From Rickettsiales bacterium (lineage in GTDB: Bacteria; Pseudomonadota; Alphaproteobacteria; Rickettsiales; UBA8987), in assembly GCA_033762595.1 (NCBI GenBank), contig JANRLM010000049.1:1-61816 (forward strand): 61,816 nucleotides of DNA, read 5' to 3'. This document shows positions 30,792 through 38,836 of this stretch, piece after piece. The notes below the pieces were generated by a model that did not search any database, was not told where the DNA came from, and saw only the letters and a list, made by a program, of their open reading frames with translations. Every line of letters begins with the position of its first letter. Position 1 is the stretch's first letter. The position numbers and the translations under genes were made by a program.

Positions 30792-33299
30792 ATGGTAGGT
30801 ATTAACTCAAATCTTGCTGCCGCGTCGGCATCAAGAAATCTAACTAGTGCAGGTTCTGTTGCATCTAGTTCAATCGCAAAACTCTCAAGTGGTAGCAGAA
30901 TTATTAAAGCATCTGATGACGTAGCTGGTCTATCCATCGGTACTTCAATAAGCACAACTGTTAAATCTTTAGAGATTGCGAAACTCAACACTGAGCAAGC
31001 TAGAAGCGTTCTTCAGATCGCTGATGGTGCGCTTAAACAAATCGGCGATATTTTATCTCGTCAAAAGGCTCTTGCAGTTCAATCAAACTCTGGTTCACTT
31101 GGTAACACTCAAAGGGCATTCTTAAACCAAGAGTTCTCGGCTCTTAAATCAGAGATTGATCGTATCGTTACCACGACTTCATTTAACGGAATTACTCTAT
31201 TAAATGGCTCTATTGCTGGTGATGCAAGCGTTCAAGTTTCTGGTCCACTTAATGCTGGTATTATCCAAGATCAAGATGTTTCAGTTTCTGCAACTGTATC
31301 TTCTTACAATGCTGTTGGAACACCTGGTTCAAGCGTTACAGCGGTGCAATCGCTTGCTTCATTTGATGATACTTCAGTTCAGCAAACTGGTTTTGGTACA
31401 TTTAGTGCAGTTTACTTCAATGAAAATGGAACGGGCGCTGAATCAGTAGTTGTTCAAACAATCATTGGTGATAAAACTTATATTGGAACAATCACTGCTT
31501 CTGGTAATGGTGGTAACATTGCCGCTGCAACTGATGTTGTGTTTACTGCTAATGATGGCTCAGGCTCAGCTTTCACTTTAAGGTTAGCTGCTGGAACTGG
31601 TTCTATCAACACTTCTGGTGCTGCAGATACTTATTTAGGCACATTAACAACTGATTTATCTGCTGTTGAATTGCAACAAACAAGAGTTGTTTCTGGCTTA
31701 AATTCAGTTACTGGAACAAGGCTTGGTGGTTTAACAATTGCTTCTGACGTTACAATTCGTGGTAAAACTTTTGATACTACAAACAACGATTTTGGAACGA
31801 TTGGTCAGTTCACAGCAGTTGCTGGTGCAGGCTCTGCTAATTACATCACTGTAACTTTAAATGGTAAAACATTCAGTGCTTCTGATATTGGTGGCGCAAA
31901 TGATACTTTGGCTGCTGCTGATGGCACTATAACTTTAATTGGTCGTGATGCAATTGGTGCTGATAACAATGAAAGGCTAATCATTAGCGTTGCAAACATT
32001 GGCTCTAACACCGTTGATTTAACTGATGCTGAGCAAGTTGCTGAGTTAGAATCAGCTCTTAACCAATTATTTGGCGTAGGTAACACTGGTGATGCTTACA
32101 CTACAGTTGGCACAGCTGATTCAACTTATGTTTCTGCGGTTTCTGTTTCTGAATTCAATGACGCATCTTTCCAAGGTGAAGGTTTTGGAACTTTTGAAAT
32201 AGTATCATTTGATGAAAATGGTTCAAACGCGGAAGATGTTGTTATTAGAACTCAAATCGGTGATAAAGTATATGTAAGTGCTAATTTAGTTGCTTCAGGT
32301 AATGGTGGTAATATTGCGGCTCAGGATCTAGAATTCACAGCTACTGATGGTTCTGGTTCTAAATTCAGCTTAAGTCTTGCTGCTGTGACTGGTGCATTAA
32401 ATACATCAACTACTGCTGCAACTTATGCTTCTAATTTAACCACAGCTTTAGCTAATGTTGATATTTATCAGATTAGAACAGTTAACAGCGTAACAGCTGC
32501 TAATATTAACGACACAGTTCTTGACGGCTTAACTGCTTCATCTGTAACTATCAGATCTAATAATTTTGATATTACTAATACTGATTTCGGTGATATTGGA
32601 AACTTTGTTGGTGTCGCTGGTGTTGGTGCTAACAATTCACTTTCTGTAATTGTTAATGGCACAACTTTCAGTGCAACTGATTTAGGTGGTGCTAATGATA
32701 TCCTATCTTCAGCTGATCAAACAATTACTTTAATTGGTCGTGATGCTGCTGGTAATGATAACAATCAAAGGATCACTATTGATATCACTGGTTTAACTGG
32801 TTCTATCAACCTTGAAAATGCTGATGAAGTTAAAGCATTAACAAATGCTTTAGATTCTTACTTTGGTGTAGGTGCATCTGGTTCTGGTGGTTTATCATTC
32901 CAAGTTGGTTCTGCATTATCTGATAAAATTGCTATCTCAATTAAAGATGTATCAACTAGCAAGATTTATCTTGATAATGATGGTGTTGCACAAACTCTAT
33001 CAATTGATACACAAGCTGGTGCACAAACAGCAGTTGAAGCACTAGATAACGCAATATCTTCAGTTATCTCTCGCAGGGCTGATGTTGGTGCTGCAATTTC
33101 AAGATTTGAATTTGCTTCATCTAACATTGAAGTATCAATCGCAAACCAAGATGCTGCTCGTGGTAGCTTCCTTGATGCAAATATAGCAGAAGAATCTACT
33201 AAATTTGCTACAAATCAGGTGAAATTACAGGCTTCTGTATCGGTTCTTGCTCAGGCAAACCAGATACCGCAGTTACTACTAAGACTAGTTCAGCAGTAA
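30792..33299 (+). CDS. fliC: large flagellin (835 aa) with duplicated central domain block
   Basis: A strong RBS (AGGAGG) precedes it. The N-terminal D0/D1 is GINSNLAAASASRNL...KLSSGSRIIKASDDVAGLSIG. The C-terminal D1/D0 is RADVGAAISRFEF...LDANIAEESTKFATNQVKLQASVSVLAQANQIPQ. About 530 residues of Ser/Thr/Gly/Ala-rich insert lie between them. Confidence 0.9.
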   Translation: MVGINSNLAAASASRNLTSAGSVASSSIAKLSSGSRIIKASDDVAGLSIGTSISTTVKSLEIAKLNTEQARSVLQIADGALKQIGDILSRQKALAVQSNSGSLGNTQRAFLNQEFSALKSEIDRIVTTTSFNGITLLNGSIAGDASVQVSGPLNAGIIQDQDVSVSATVSSYNAVGTPGSSVTAVQSLASFDDTSVQQTGFGTFSAVYFNENGTGAESVVVQTIIGDKTYIGTITASGNGGNIAAATDVVFTANDGSGSAFTLRLAAGTGSINTSGAADTYLGTLTTDLSAVELQQTRVVSGLNSVTGTRLGGLTIASDVTIRGKTFDTTNNDFGTIGQFTAVAGAGSANYITVTLNGKTFSASDIGGANDTLAAADGTITLIGRDAIGADNNERLIISVANIGSNTVDLTDAEQVAELESALNQLFGVGNTGDAYTTVGTADSTYVSAVSVSEFNDASFQGEGFGTFEIVSFDENGSNAEDVVIRTQIGDKVYVSANLVASGNGGNIAAQDLEFTATDGSGSKFSLSLAAVTGALNTSTTAATYASNLTTALANVDIYQIRTVNSVTAANINDTVLDGLTASSVTIRSNNFDITNTDFGDIGNFVGVAGVGANNSLSVIVNGTTFSATDLGGANDILSSADQTITLIGRDAAGNDNNQRITIDITGLTGSINLENADEVKALTNALDSYFGVGASGSGGLSFQVGSALSDKIAISIKDVSTSKIYLDNDGVAQTLSIDTQAGAQTAVEALDNAISSVISRRADVGAAISRFEFASSNIEVSIANQDAARGSFLDANIAEESTKFATNQVKLQASVSVLAQANQIPQLLLRLVQQ
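31299..32090 (+). repeat. flagellin internal duplication, unit A (aa 170-433)
   Basis: FDDTSVQQTGFGTF...ASGNGGNIAA...ITLIGRDAIGADNNERL...ALNQLFGVG recurs exactly 264 aa later as FNDASFQGEGFGTF...ASGNGGNIAA...ITLIGRDAAGNDNNQRI...ALDSYFGVG. Confidence 0.85.
32091..32882 (+). repeat. flagellin internal duplication, unit B (aa 434-697)
   Basis: See unit A. About half of the positions are identical by eye. Confidence 0.85.
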
Positions 33300-33317
33300 T
33301 TATCTTTTTTACTTACA

Positions 33318-33345
33318 GGGGTGGAAGGCAACTTCCCCCCTTTTC
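33318..33345 (+). terminator. rho-independent terminator after the flagellin gene
   Basis: GGGGTGGAAG-GCAA-CTTCCCCCC is followed by TTTTCT. Confidence 0.7.
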
Positions 33346-33375
33346 TATCTTAAAATATAACTCCCACCTAGAATT

Positions 33376-33391
33376 TGGCATAAATATAGCT
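33376..33391 (+). promoter_or_regulatory. candidate sigma-54 (-24/-12) promoter for flaG-fliD-fliS
   Basis: TGGCAT-AAATA-TAGCT compared with the consensus TGGCAC-N5-TTGCW. GG and GC are at the canonical 10-nt offset. It lies ~68 nt upstream of the flaG ATG, and rpoN is present in the window. Confidence 0.45.
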
Positions 33392-33458
33392 TTCATTAAA
33401 CTATAATTTCTATATTTTATTAAAGGCTATAAACATAAATAAAATTTTGGAGGTCTTT

Positions 33459-33863
33459 ATGGAAGTTAACGGAGTTTCAAATATTCAATCGGTTCAGGTT
33501 TCGCAAAATACTGCACCACAATCAGGGGTTGGAGCTGTTCAAACTATTGAACAAAGGCAAGATTTTACAGCACAAAGAGTTGTAAGTGCTGGTGAAAAAT
33601 CTTCAATTGAACAAAACGCCGCTCGCTCAGAAGAAAGACGCTTTGAAGCTCTAAAGGGCGTTGCAGTTAGCTTAGTTGGTGGTGATAACCCATATTTTAA
33701 TGATTATGTATTTACCATCTATAAAGGCTCTCAATCCAATAGTTTAGATAAATACTATATTCGCTTTACAGATATTTCTACTGGTAGAATTGAAACAAAA
33801 TCTGAAGTGGAAGTTTTCCAGCTTGGTGGTGGTTCTGGAAATGTTGTTAGTGGCTCTTTATAA
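33459..33863 (+). CDS. flaG: FlaG-family flagellar protein
   Basis: The start was moved to the ATG at 33459 (GGAGG RBS 5 nt upstream); the ORF track begins at an upstream TTG. Small size, position between flagellin and fliD, and the C-terminal IRFTDISTGRIETKSEVEV segment fit the FlaG pattern. Confidence 0.55.
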   Translation: MEVNGVSNIQSVQVSQNTAPQSGVGAVQTIEQRQDFTAQRVVSAGEKSSIEQNAARSEERRFEALKGVAVSLVGGDNPYFNDYVFTIYKGSQSNSLDKYYIRFTDISTGRIETKSEVEVFQLGGGSGNVVSGSL

Positions 33864-33880
33864 ACAAAAAACTATTTCCA

Positions 33881-36463
33881 ATGACAACTATAAATTTAGG
33901 AAATATTGTTGGAAATACCATCTCAGGAATAGCTTCTGGCTTGGATAGCACCAAGCTTGTTGAGGAATTATCGGCTCTAAGAAAAAGGCCAATTGATACT
34001 CTAAACCTTCAAATAAAAACAAATCAAACCAAAGTTACTGAATATAGTAGCCTTAATACGAATCTTAATGCGTTAAAAAATTCGGTTAATTTTTTGAGAA
34101 ACCCTACTGGGGTATTAAGCAATTTTTCTAACGCTTTTGAGTATAGATCAGCAAATCTTTTTTCTACCACACTTTCTGCTTCAAGTTATTTATCTGTAAC
34201 CGCAGATCCGGGGGCTCAGATTGGTAATAGCAAAATTGAAATTGGCTCTATTGCAAAAACTTTAGAGCAAAGAACTGGAAGCTTTAACACAAGAAGCCTC
34301 TCTGCAACAACAGCTTCATCAGGGTCATATTTTACTGCTGGAACATTTGAAATTGGCTCAGGTGTTACAAAAGAGGTTACAGGCACAACACTAACTGGCT
34401 TTCAGCTTGCATCAGGTGATTATTCCGTTGAGGGAAGTGCGACAGGTATTCTGACTGCCGCTGGTATAGAAAATTTCAATGTTGTGGGCGGAAGTGGTGG
34501 GTTAGTTGGTCTGCAAGGTTCAATTTCAGGCATTACAGCAAGCTATGATAATACAGCGAATACTACAACACTAAGCTTTACAAAAAATGGGGTTGTATAT
34601 ACATCAAATGCGATTACCTCTGATACCTCAATAAATGCAGGTGCAAATACAGGTGTTGCAAGTGGGGCGGTTATAACTTTTACAGGAAATTCAGGCGGTG
34701 TGAATGAAACATCTTTTACCCTAACACTTGATGAAGATATTATAATTGATGATTTACAATCAAACGCAAACAGCTTCGCAACTAACTTAAATTCAGCTTT
34801 ATCAAATCAAAAAATTTATCAAAGCAGAAGAATAAATAATTTCACTAATGCAGATGTTAAAGCACCATTAACCGGTTTAACATCTTCAAATGTTCGTTTT
34901 ATTTCGGATAATTTTAATACTTCAAATGGGCAATTTGGCACTATCAGAGATTTTCAAGTGCAATATAGCACTGGCTCAAATGGCATAATTTCAGTTAGGG
35001 TGGGTGATGAAATTTTTAGGGCTTCAAACCTTGGCACTACCCTTAATGCAAACCTTACCTTAGAAAGCACAACCAGCGATAAAAAAATTCAGATTAATTT
35101 GGGTGATGCTGGAGTTAGTGCAAATATCTCAACAAGGGAAAATGCTTCCTCTTTAGAAAAAGCACTTGGCTATGCTTTTGGAACTCGTGAATTAGTTGAT
35201 TTTACTATTGTAGAAGGGGAATCCTTAAATGATATAGTTTTCAATCTAAACCAGAAGAAATCACTCACTGGCTTATCCGCATCTATCGTTCAAGTTGGTG
35301 ATTTTGACTTCAGATTATCGTTAAAATCTGCTACAGAAGGCTTGGATAATTCATATCAGTTTTTTGATGCAGGTGGTGTTTTAACTAATGCTTCTATAAC
35401 TACAACACAATCGGCCTCAAATGCAATATTCTCAGTTGATGGTGTAGAAATTGAAAGAAGCACAAATACAATCGCCGATGTTAAAGAAAATGTTACATTC
35501 ACCCTTAGAAATGTTACACCTGATTATGGTGAAATTACTGCTGATAGCATTGATGTTGCAATAAATTTTGATGCAGATTTAGTTACTGAAAGAATCGTTG
35601 CTTTTCTTGATTCTTATAATGCTTTTAGGGTTTATGAAGCAAAGCAAAATGAGCGTGATCCCGCAACTCAAAAATACAAAGATACTGCAATCTTAGGCGG
35701 TGATACAATTCTTAAATCTCTCTCTGATTTACTTTCAATTGAGATTAACAGAATTGTTGATGGCACAACTGATAGCAATTTTAGATCACTTGCTGATATA
35801 GGCATTACACTTAATGATTTTGCTGGTGATGAAACTACTATCGCCACAAATAATATTCTTAATTATGATGAATCTGAGCTAAAAAACGCAATAGCAAATA
35901 ATTTTGAAAAAATTAGAGAAATTTTTGAGTTAAAATCAACTATTAGCTCGTCAAATCTAGTTTTATCTAAATCAAGCAATAGCATTACGCTTAATGAATT
36001 TAAGCTTGATATTGATACTTCAAGAGCTGTAGGCCAGCAAGTTAAACTTCTAAATGCTGATGGCACTGATTATCTTTCAGGGGGTCAAAATGTTTATCTT
36101 TCTTTAAGTGCAGGCATTATTTCTGGTGCAACTGGAACGCCAGTAGCTGGCTTAGAATTTATTTATACTGGTGATGGCACTGATGAAATTTCTGTATCAA
36201 TTACGCAAGGTATCGCAGATAAAATTTATAACATAGCAGATGATTATTTGAAAGATGGTGGAATTTTAGAAGTAACTATTGATGAAATAGTTGCTTCTAA
36301 TGAAGATTTTTCTTCAGAGGTTATCTCACTTGAAGATAGGCTTGAAGATTATGTTAAAAGATTAAGAGATCAATTCGCGGCATTAGAGCAGGCTATCAAT
36401 AGTGCAAACTCAGTTTTATTACTGCTAGAAGCACAAGATAATGTTCGTAATGCTAGGAATTAA
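33881..36463 (+). CDS. fliD: flagellar filament capping protein FliD (enlarged, 860 aa)
   Basis: The N-terminal cap motif is GIASGLDSTKLVEELSALRKRPIDTLNLQI...YSSLNT. A C-terminal coiled coil (EDRLEDYVKRLRDQFAALEQAINSANSVL) is present. Gene order is flaG-fliD-fliS. Confidence 0.85.
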   Translation: MTTINLGNIVGNTISGIASGLDSTKLVEELSALRKRPIDTLNLQIKTNQTKVTEYSSLNTNLNALKNSVNFLRNPTGVLSNFSNAFEYRSANLFSTTLSASSYLSVTADPGAQIGNSKIEIGSIAKTLEQRTGSFNTRSLSATTASSGSYFTAGTFEIGSGVTKEVTGTTLTGFQLASGDYSVEGSATGILTAAGIENFNVVGGSGGLVGLQGSISGITASYDNTANTTTLSFTKNGVVYTSNAITSDTSINAGANTGVASGAVITFTGNSGGVNETSFTLTLDEDIIIDDLQSNANSFATNLNSALSNQKIYQSRRINNFTNADVKAPLTGLTSSNVRFISDNFNTSNGQFGTIRDFQVQYSTGSNGIISVRVGDEIFRASNLGTTLNANLTLESTTSDKKIQINLGDAGVSANISTRENASSLEKALGYAFGTRELVDFTIVEGESLNDIVFNLNQKKSLTGLSASIVQVGDFDFRLSLKSATEGLDNSYQFFDAGGVLTNASITTTQSASNAIFSVDGVEIERSTNTIADVKENVTFTLRNVTPDYGEITADSIDVAINFDADLVTERIVAFLDSYNAFRVYEAKQNERDPATQKYKDTAILGGDTILKSLSDLLSIEINRIVDGTTDSNFRSLADIGITLNDFAGDETTIATNNILNYDESELKNAIANNFEKIREIFELKSTISSSNLVLSKSSNSITLNEFKLDIDTSRAVGQQVKLLNADGTDYLSGGQNVYLSLSAGIISGATGTPVAGLEFIYTGDGTDEISVSITQGIADKIYNIADDYLKDGGILEVTIDEIVASNEDFSSEVISLEDRLEDYVKRLRDQFAALEQAINSANSVLLLLEAQDNVRNARN
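34712..35182 (+). other. FliD segment (aa 278-434) homologous to the duplicated flagellin module
   Basis: FliD NLNSALSNQKIYQSRRINNFT...LTGLTSSNVRFISDNFNTSNGQFGTIRDF...ISVRVGDEIFRASNLG...ENASSLEKALGYAFG aligns with flagellin NLTTALANVDIYQIRTVNSVT...LDGLTASSVTIRSNNFDITNTDFGDIGNF...LSVIVNGTTFSATDLG...ENADEVKALTNALDSYFG. Confidence 0.75.
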
Positions 36464-36518
36464 TTTTAATAAGTAAAAATCAACAAGGCTAAAATGTATT
36501 TAGCTATAGGAGGTCAAG

Positions 36519-37007
36519 ATGACATACGCTATAAATAATTATAAAAATGCATTCCAAACGCTGGATAAATTCAGCAATCTTTTTTCATTATATGAAGGGG
36601 CAATTGTTAGCCTTATGCAAGCAAAAGATGCGATTATAAATAAAGATGTTCAAACCAGATATAACAAAATTGAAAAAGCATACCTTATAGTTTCTGGGCT
36701 CCGTGATTGTTTGGATATTGAAAATGGTGGTGAGGTTGCGGAAACCTTAAAAGATTGGTATACTGGTGTTTGCTACAGAATTTTAAGCATTAATTCTTCA
36801 GAAGATTTATCTATGTGCGATATGTGCATTAGACACTTAAAAGAAATGAAGGATTCTTGGCTGGAAGCAAAAAACACCTATGAAAAAGAATTAAAAGAAG
36901 ATTCAAAAAGCGGGGCGAATGATGGTTTTTTGCCTGATATTTCGATCTACTTCAACCCTGCAAATATAGGTGCTATGCAAGCCCAACCAATGGCATTCAG
37001 TGTTTAG
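36519..37007 (+). CDS. fliS: flagellin-specific export chaperone FliS
   Basis: 162 aa. LYEGAIVSLMQAKDAI...KAYLIVSGLRDCLDIENGGEVAETLKDWY...W matches the FliS four-helix pattern. It lies downstream of fliD. Confidence 0.8.
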   Translation: MTYAINNYKNAFQTLDKFSNLFSLYEGAIVSLMQAKDAIINKDVQTRYNKIEKAYLIVSGLRDCLDIENGGEVAETLKDWYTGVCYRILSINSSEDLSMCDMCIRHLKEMKDSWLEAKNTYEKELKEDSKSGANDGFLPDISIYFNPANIGAMQAQPMAFSV

Positions 37008-37015
37008 CTAATATA

Positions 37016-38158
37016 CTAAATCGTAGTAAAATCATCAGCGTCAAAAGTGAAATTTGAAGTTGTATTAACTTCAATTATTTGACCATCAGGTAAAGTAATT
37101 TCTGATATAGAACCAGTTTTAACAATCACTAAATCGCTGAAGTCAATTCCAGAATTTAGAGCAATTTTATCGCCATTGCGAAAGCCTTTAATAATATCTT
37201 TCTCGCCACTAGCGGTAAAATCAAAGGTGAATATATCATTTCCACCGCCACCTTCTAAAATATCATTTCCAAGCCCACCGCTGATATTATCATTACCACT
37301 ACTAGCTCTAATATTATCATCACCATCGCCGCCTTTAATAATATCATTTCCACTTCCACCAAAAATGCTATCATTACCAACACCACCATCAATTATATCA
37401 TCGCCACTGCCAGCATAAATTAAATCATCGCCATCATCGCCATTAAGTTCGTCATTCCCTAAGTTACCATACAATTTATCAGCACCATCTCCCCCTGAAA
37501 TCTTATCATCACCAAATCCACCTCTTATATCGTCATCTCCTGCATCACCATTAAGCTCGTCATCGCCTGATTTACCTCTAATAATATCCTCACCATCTCC
37601 ACCAGCTAAAATATCGTTACCTCTACTGCCATAAACTTGGTCATTTCCTGATCCAGCATCCGCAATATTTCCGTTAGCAGAGTTTTGAAAATAAATCCTA
37701 TCATTATCATCTCCACCAAAAACTAAGGCAAGCCCGCCATCTCTAACAAATATTGCATCATCACCAGTTCCACCATCTATTATATCTCCAACAAAATTTG
37801 TGCCGTTATATGAAATAGAAGCACCAGCACTATCAGAAGTGCCAGATCTTAAAGTGTCATTACCGCCATTGCCAATTATAAGGTCATTGCCAGAACCTCC
37901 ATAAACTACATCTCTATTTTCAGAGCCATTAACAACATCATTGCCTTCTCCTGCATCAACATATGAAAATCTTCTAGTGTTTGCGGGATAATTTGTGTTT
38001 GTGAGGTTTATTTCGTCATTGCCAGCTAGAGCATTAATTCTAACTAAAAAGCCACCATTATCAAAAATGTCATCATTTGTTGTCCCGGTTAATCTTTGTC
38101 CGTTTGCAGTTCCAAGAATAGTCATAAGCCCTCGAAATATAGTTGTTAGCCCACCCAA
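37016..38158 (-). CDS. RTX-type calcium-binding repeat protein (probable type I secretion substrate)
   Basis: 380 aa. About 25 consecutive GGxGxDxxx nonapeptide repeats are present, for example GGDGEDIIRGKSGDDELNGDAGDDDIRGGFGDDKISGGDGADKLYG. There is no N-terminal signal peptide. Confidence 0.8.
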   Translation of the reverse strand: MGGLTTIFRGLMTILGTANGQRLTGTTNDDIFDNGGFLVRINALAGNDEINLTNTNYPANTRRFSYVDAGEGNDVVNGSENRDVVYGGSGNDLIIGNGGNDTLRSGTSDSAGASISYNGTNFVGDIIDGGTGDDAIFVRDGGLALVFGGDDNDRIYFQNSANGNIADAGSGNDQVYGSRGNDILAGGDGEDIIRGKSGDDELNGDAGDDDIRGGFGDDKISGGDGADKLYGNLGNDELNGDDGDDLIYAGSGDDIIDGGVGNDSIFGGSGNDIIKGGDGDDNIRASSGNDNISGGLGNDILEGGGGNDIFTFDFTASGEKDIIKGFRNGDKIALNSGIDFSDLVIVKTGSISEITLPDGQIIEVNTTSNFTFDADDFTTI

Positions 38159-38310
38159 TATGAGGTTTCCTTAGCATAAAATTAGCTGTTAGTAAAGCTT
38201 TGATTAAAAAATTAATTTTTTGAAAATAATGCTTGAAGATGAGATTAATATCTCTATAAAACTCGCAAAATATTATTGATAATAGTTTTAATAATATTTC
38301 TTTTTTCTAT

Positions 38311-38386
38311 GATCCCGTAGCTCAGTCGGTAGAGCATCTGACTTTTAATCAGTGGGTCACAAGTTCGAATCTTGTCGGGATCACCA
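38311..38386 (+). tRNA. tRNA-Lys (anticodon UUU), CCA encoded
   Basis: GATCCCG acceptor stem pairs with CGGGATC. The anticodon loop is CTTTTAA, the T-loop is TTCGAAT, and the 3' end is ACCA. Confidence 0.9.
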
Positions 38387-38460
38387 TTTTTTGCATTCCT
38401 AAATTTTACTTAATAGAATAGATATTTGTATTAAAATTACTTCTTCAAAATCCCCTTTGT

Positions 38461-38537
38461 GTCGTGAAAGGGTTGGTTTTGCTAGTGATTATGAACTTTA
38501 GTGAACTTTGTGGGTTTTATAGATGGTCGAGCGGAGG
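38461..38537. repeat. distal att-type direct repeat of the island (contains a 14-nt copy of the tRNA-Pro 3' end)
   Basis: 77 bp matching 50497-50574 with 3 mismatches and 1 single-base indel. It ends in TGGTCGAGCGGAGG, compared with TGGTCGGAGCGGAGG at the real tRNA-Pro 3' end. Confidence 0.85.
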
Positions 38538-38601
38538 CTTTCATATTGTTTGATTAACCAGCTGTATATAAACAATTATCGGTCAATATGAAAAATGCTT
38601 G

Positions 38602-38621
38602 TACCCCCATTTATACCCCCA
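38602..38621 (+). promoter_or_regulatory. candidate integrase arm-type binding sites (distal arm)
   Basis: TACCCCCATTTATACCCCCA followed by GAATG. A near-identical TACCCCCAAATATACCCCCA ... AGAATG is found at 50427-50446, next to the integrase. Confidence 0.45.
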
Positions 38622-38799
38622 GAATGACTTTTTAGAGATATAAAGTATCGTTAATTTTTGTGTTATACTAAATATCAAAAATTTTTCAAGTGCGGTTATA
38701 TGCATTAAAAACACCCCTAAGGGAGATTTTGAAATTTTGATTAGGCTTTATAGGGGTGATTATTCAAGATAAACACTAATATTATTATGGTAATTCATA

Positions 38800-38817
38800 A
38801 AGGGGGGTAGCCCCCTT
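38800..38817 (-). other. G5/C5 hairpin bracketing the cas-distal end of the CRISPR array
   Basis: AAGGGGG-GTAG-CCCCCTT. On the minus strand it is followed by TTTATGAATT, so it is only a weak terminator candidate. Confidence 0.3.
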
Positions 38818-38836
38818 AATCTATAGGAGAGGTTAG

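Noticed and set aside
37176-37418. 80-aa plus-strand Pro/Ser-rich ORF
   Set aside because: It is an antisense reading of the RTX nonapeptide repeats. Its periodic composition is a by-product of the GGxGxD-coding repeats.
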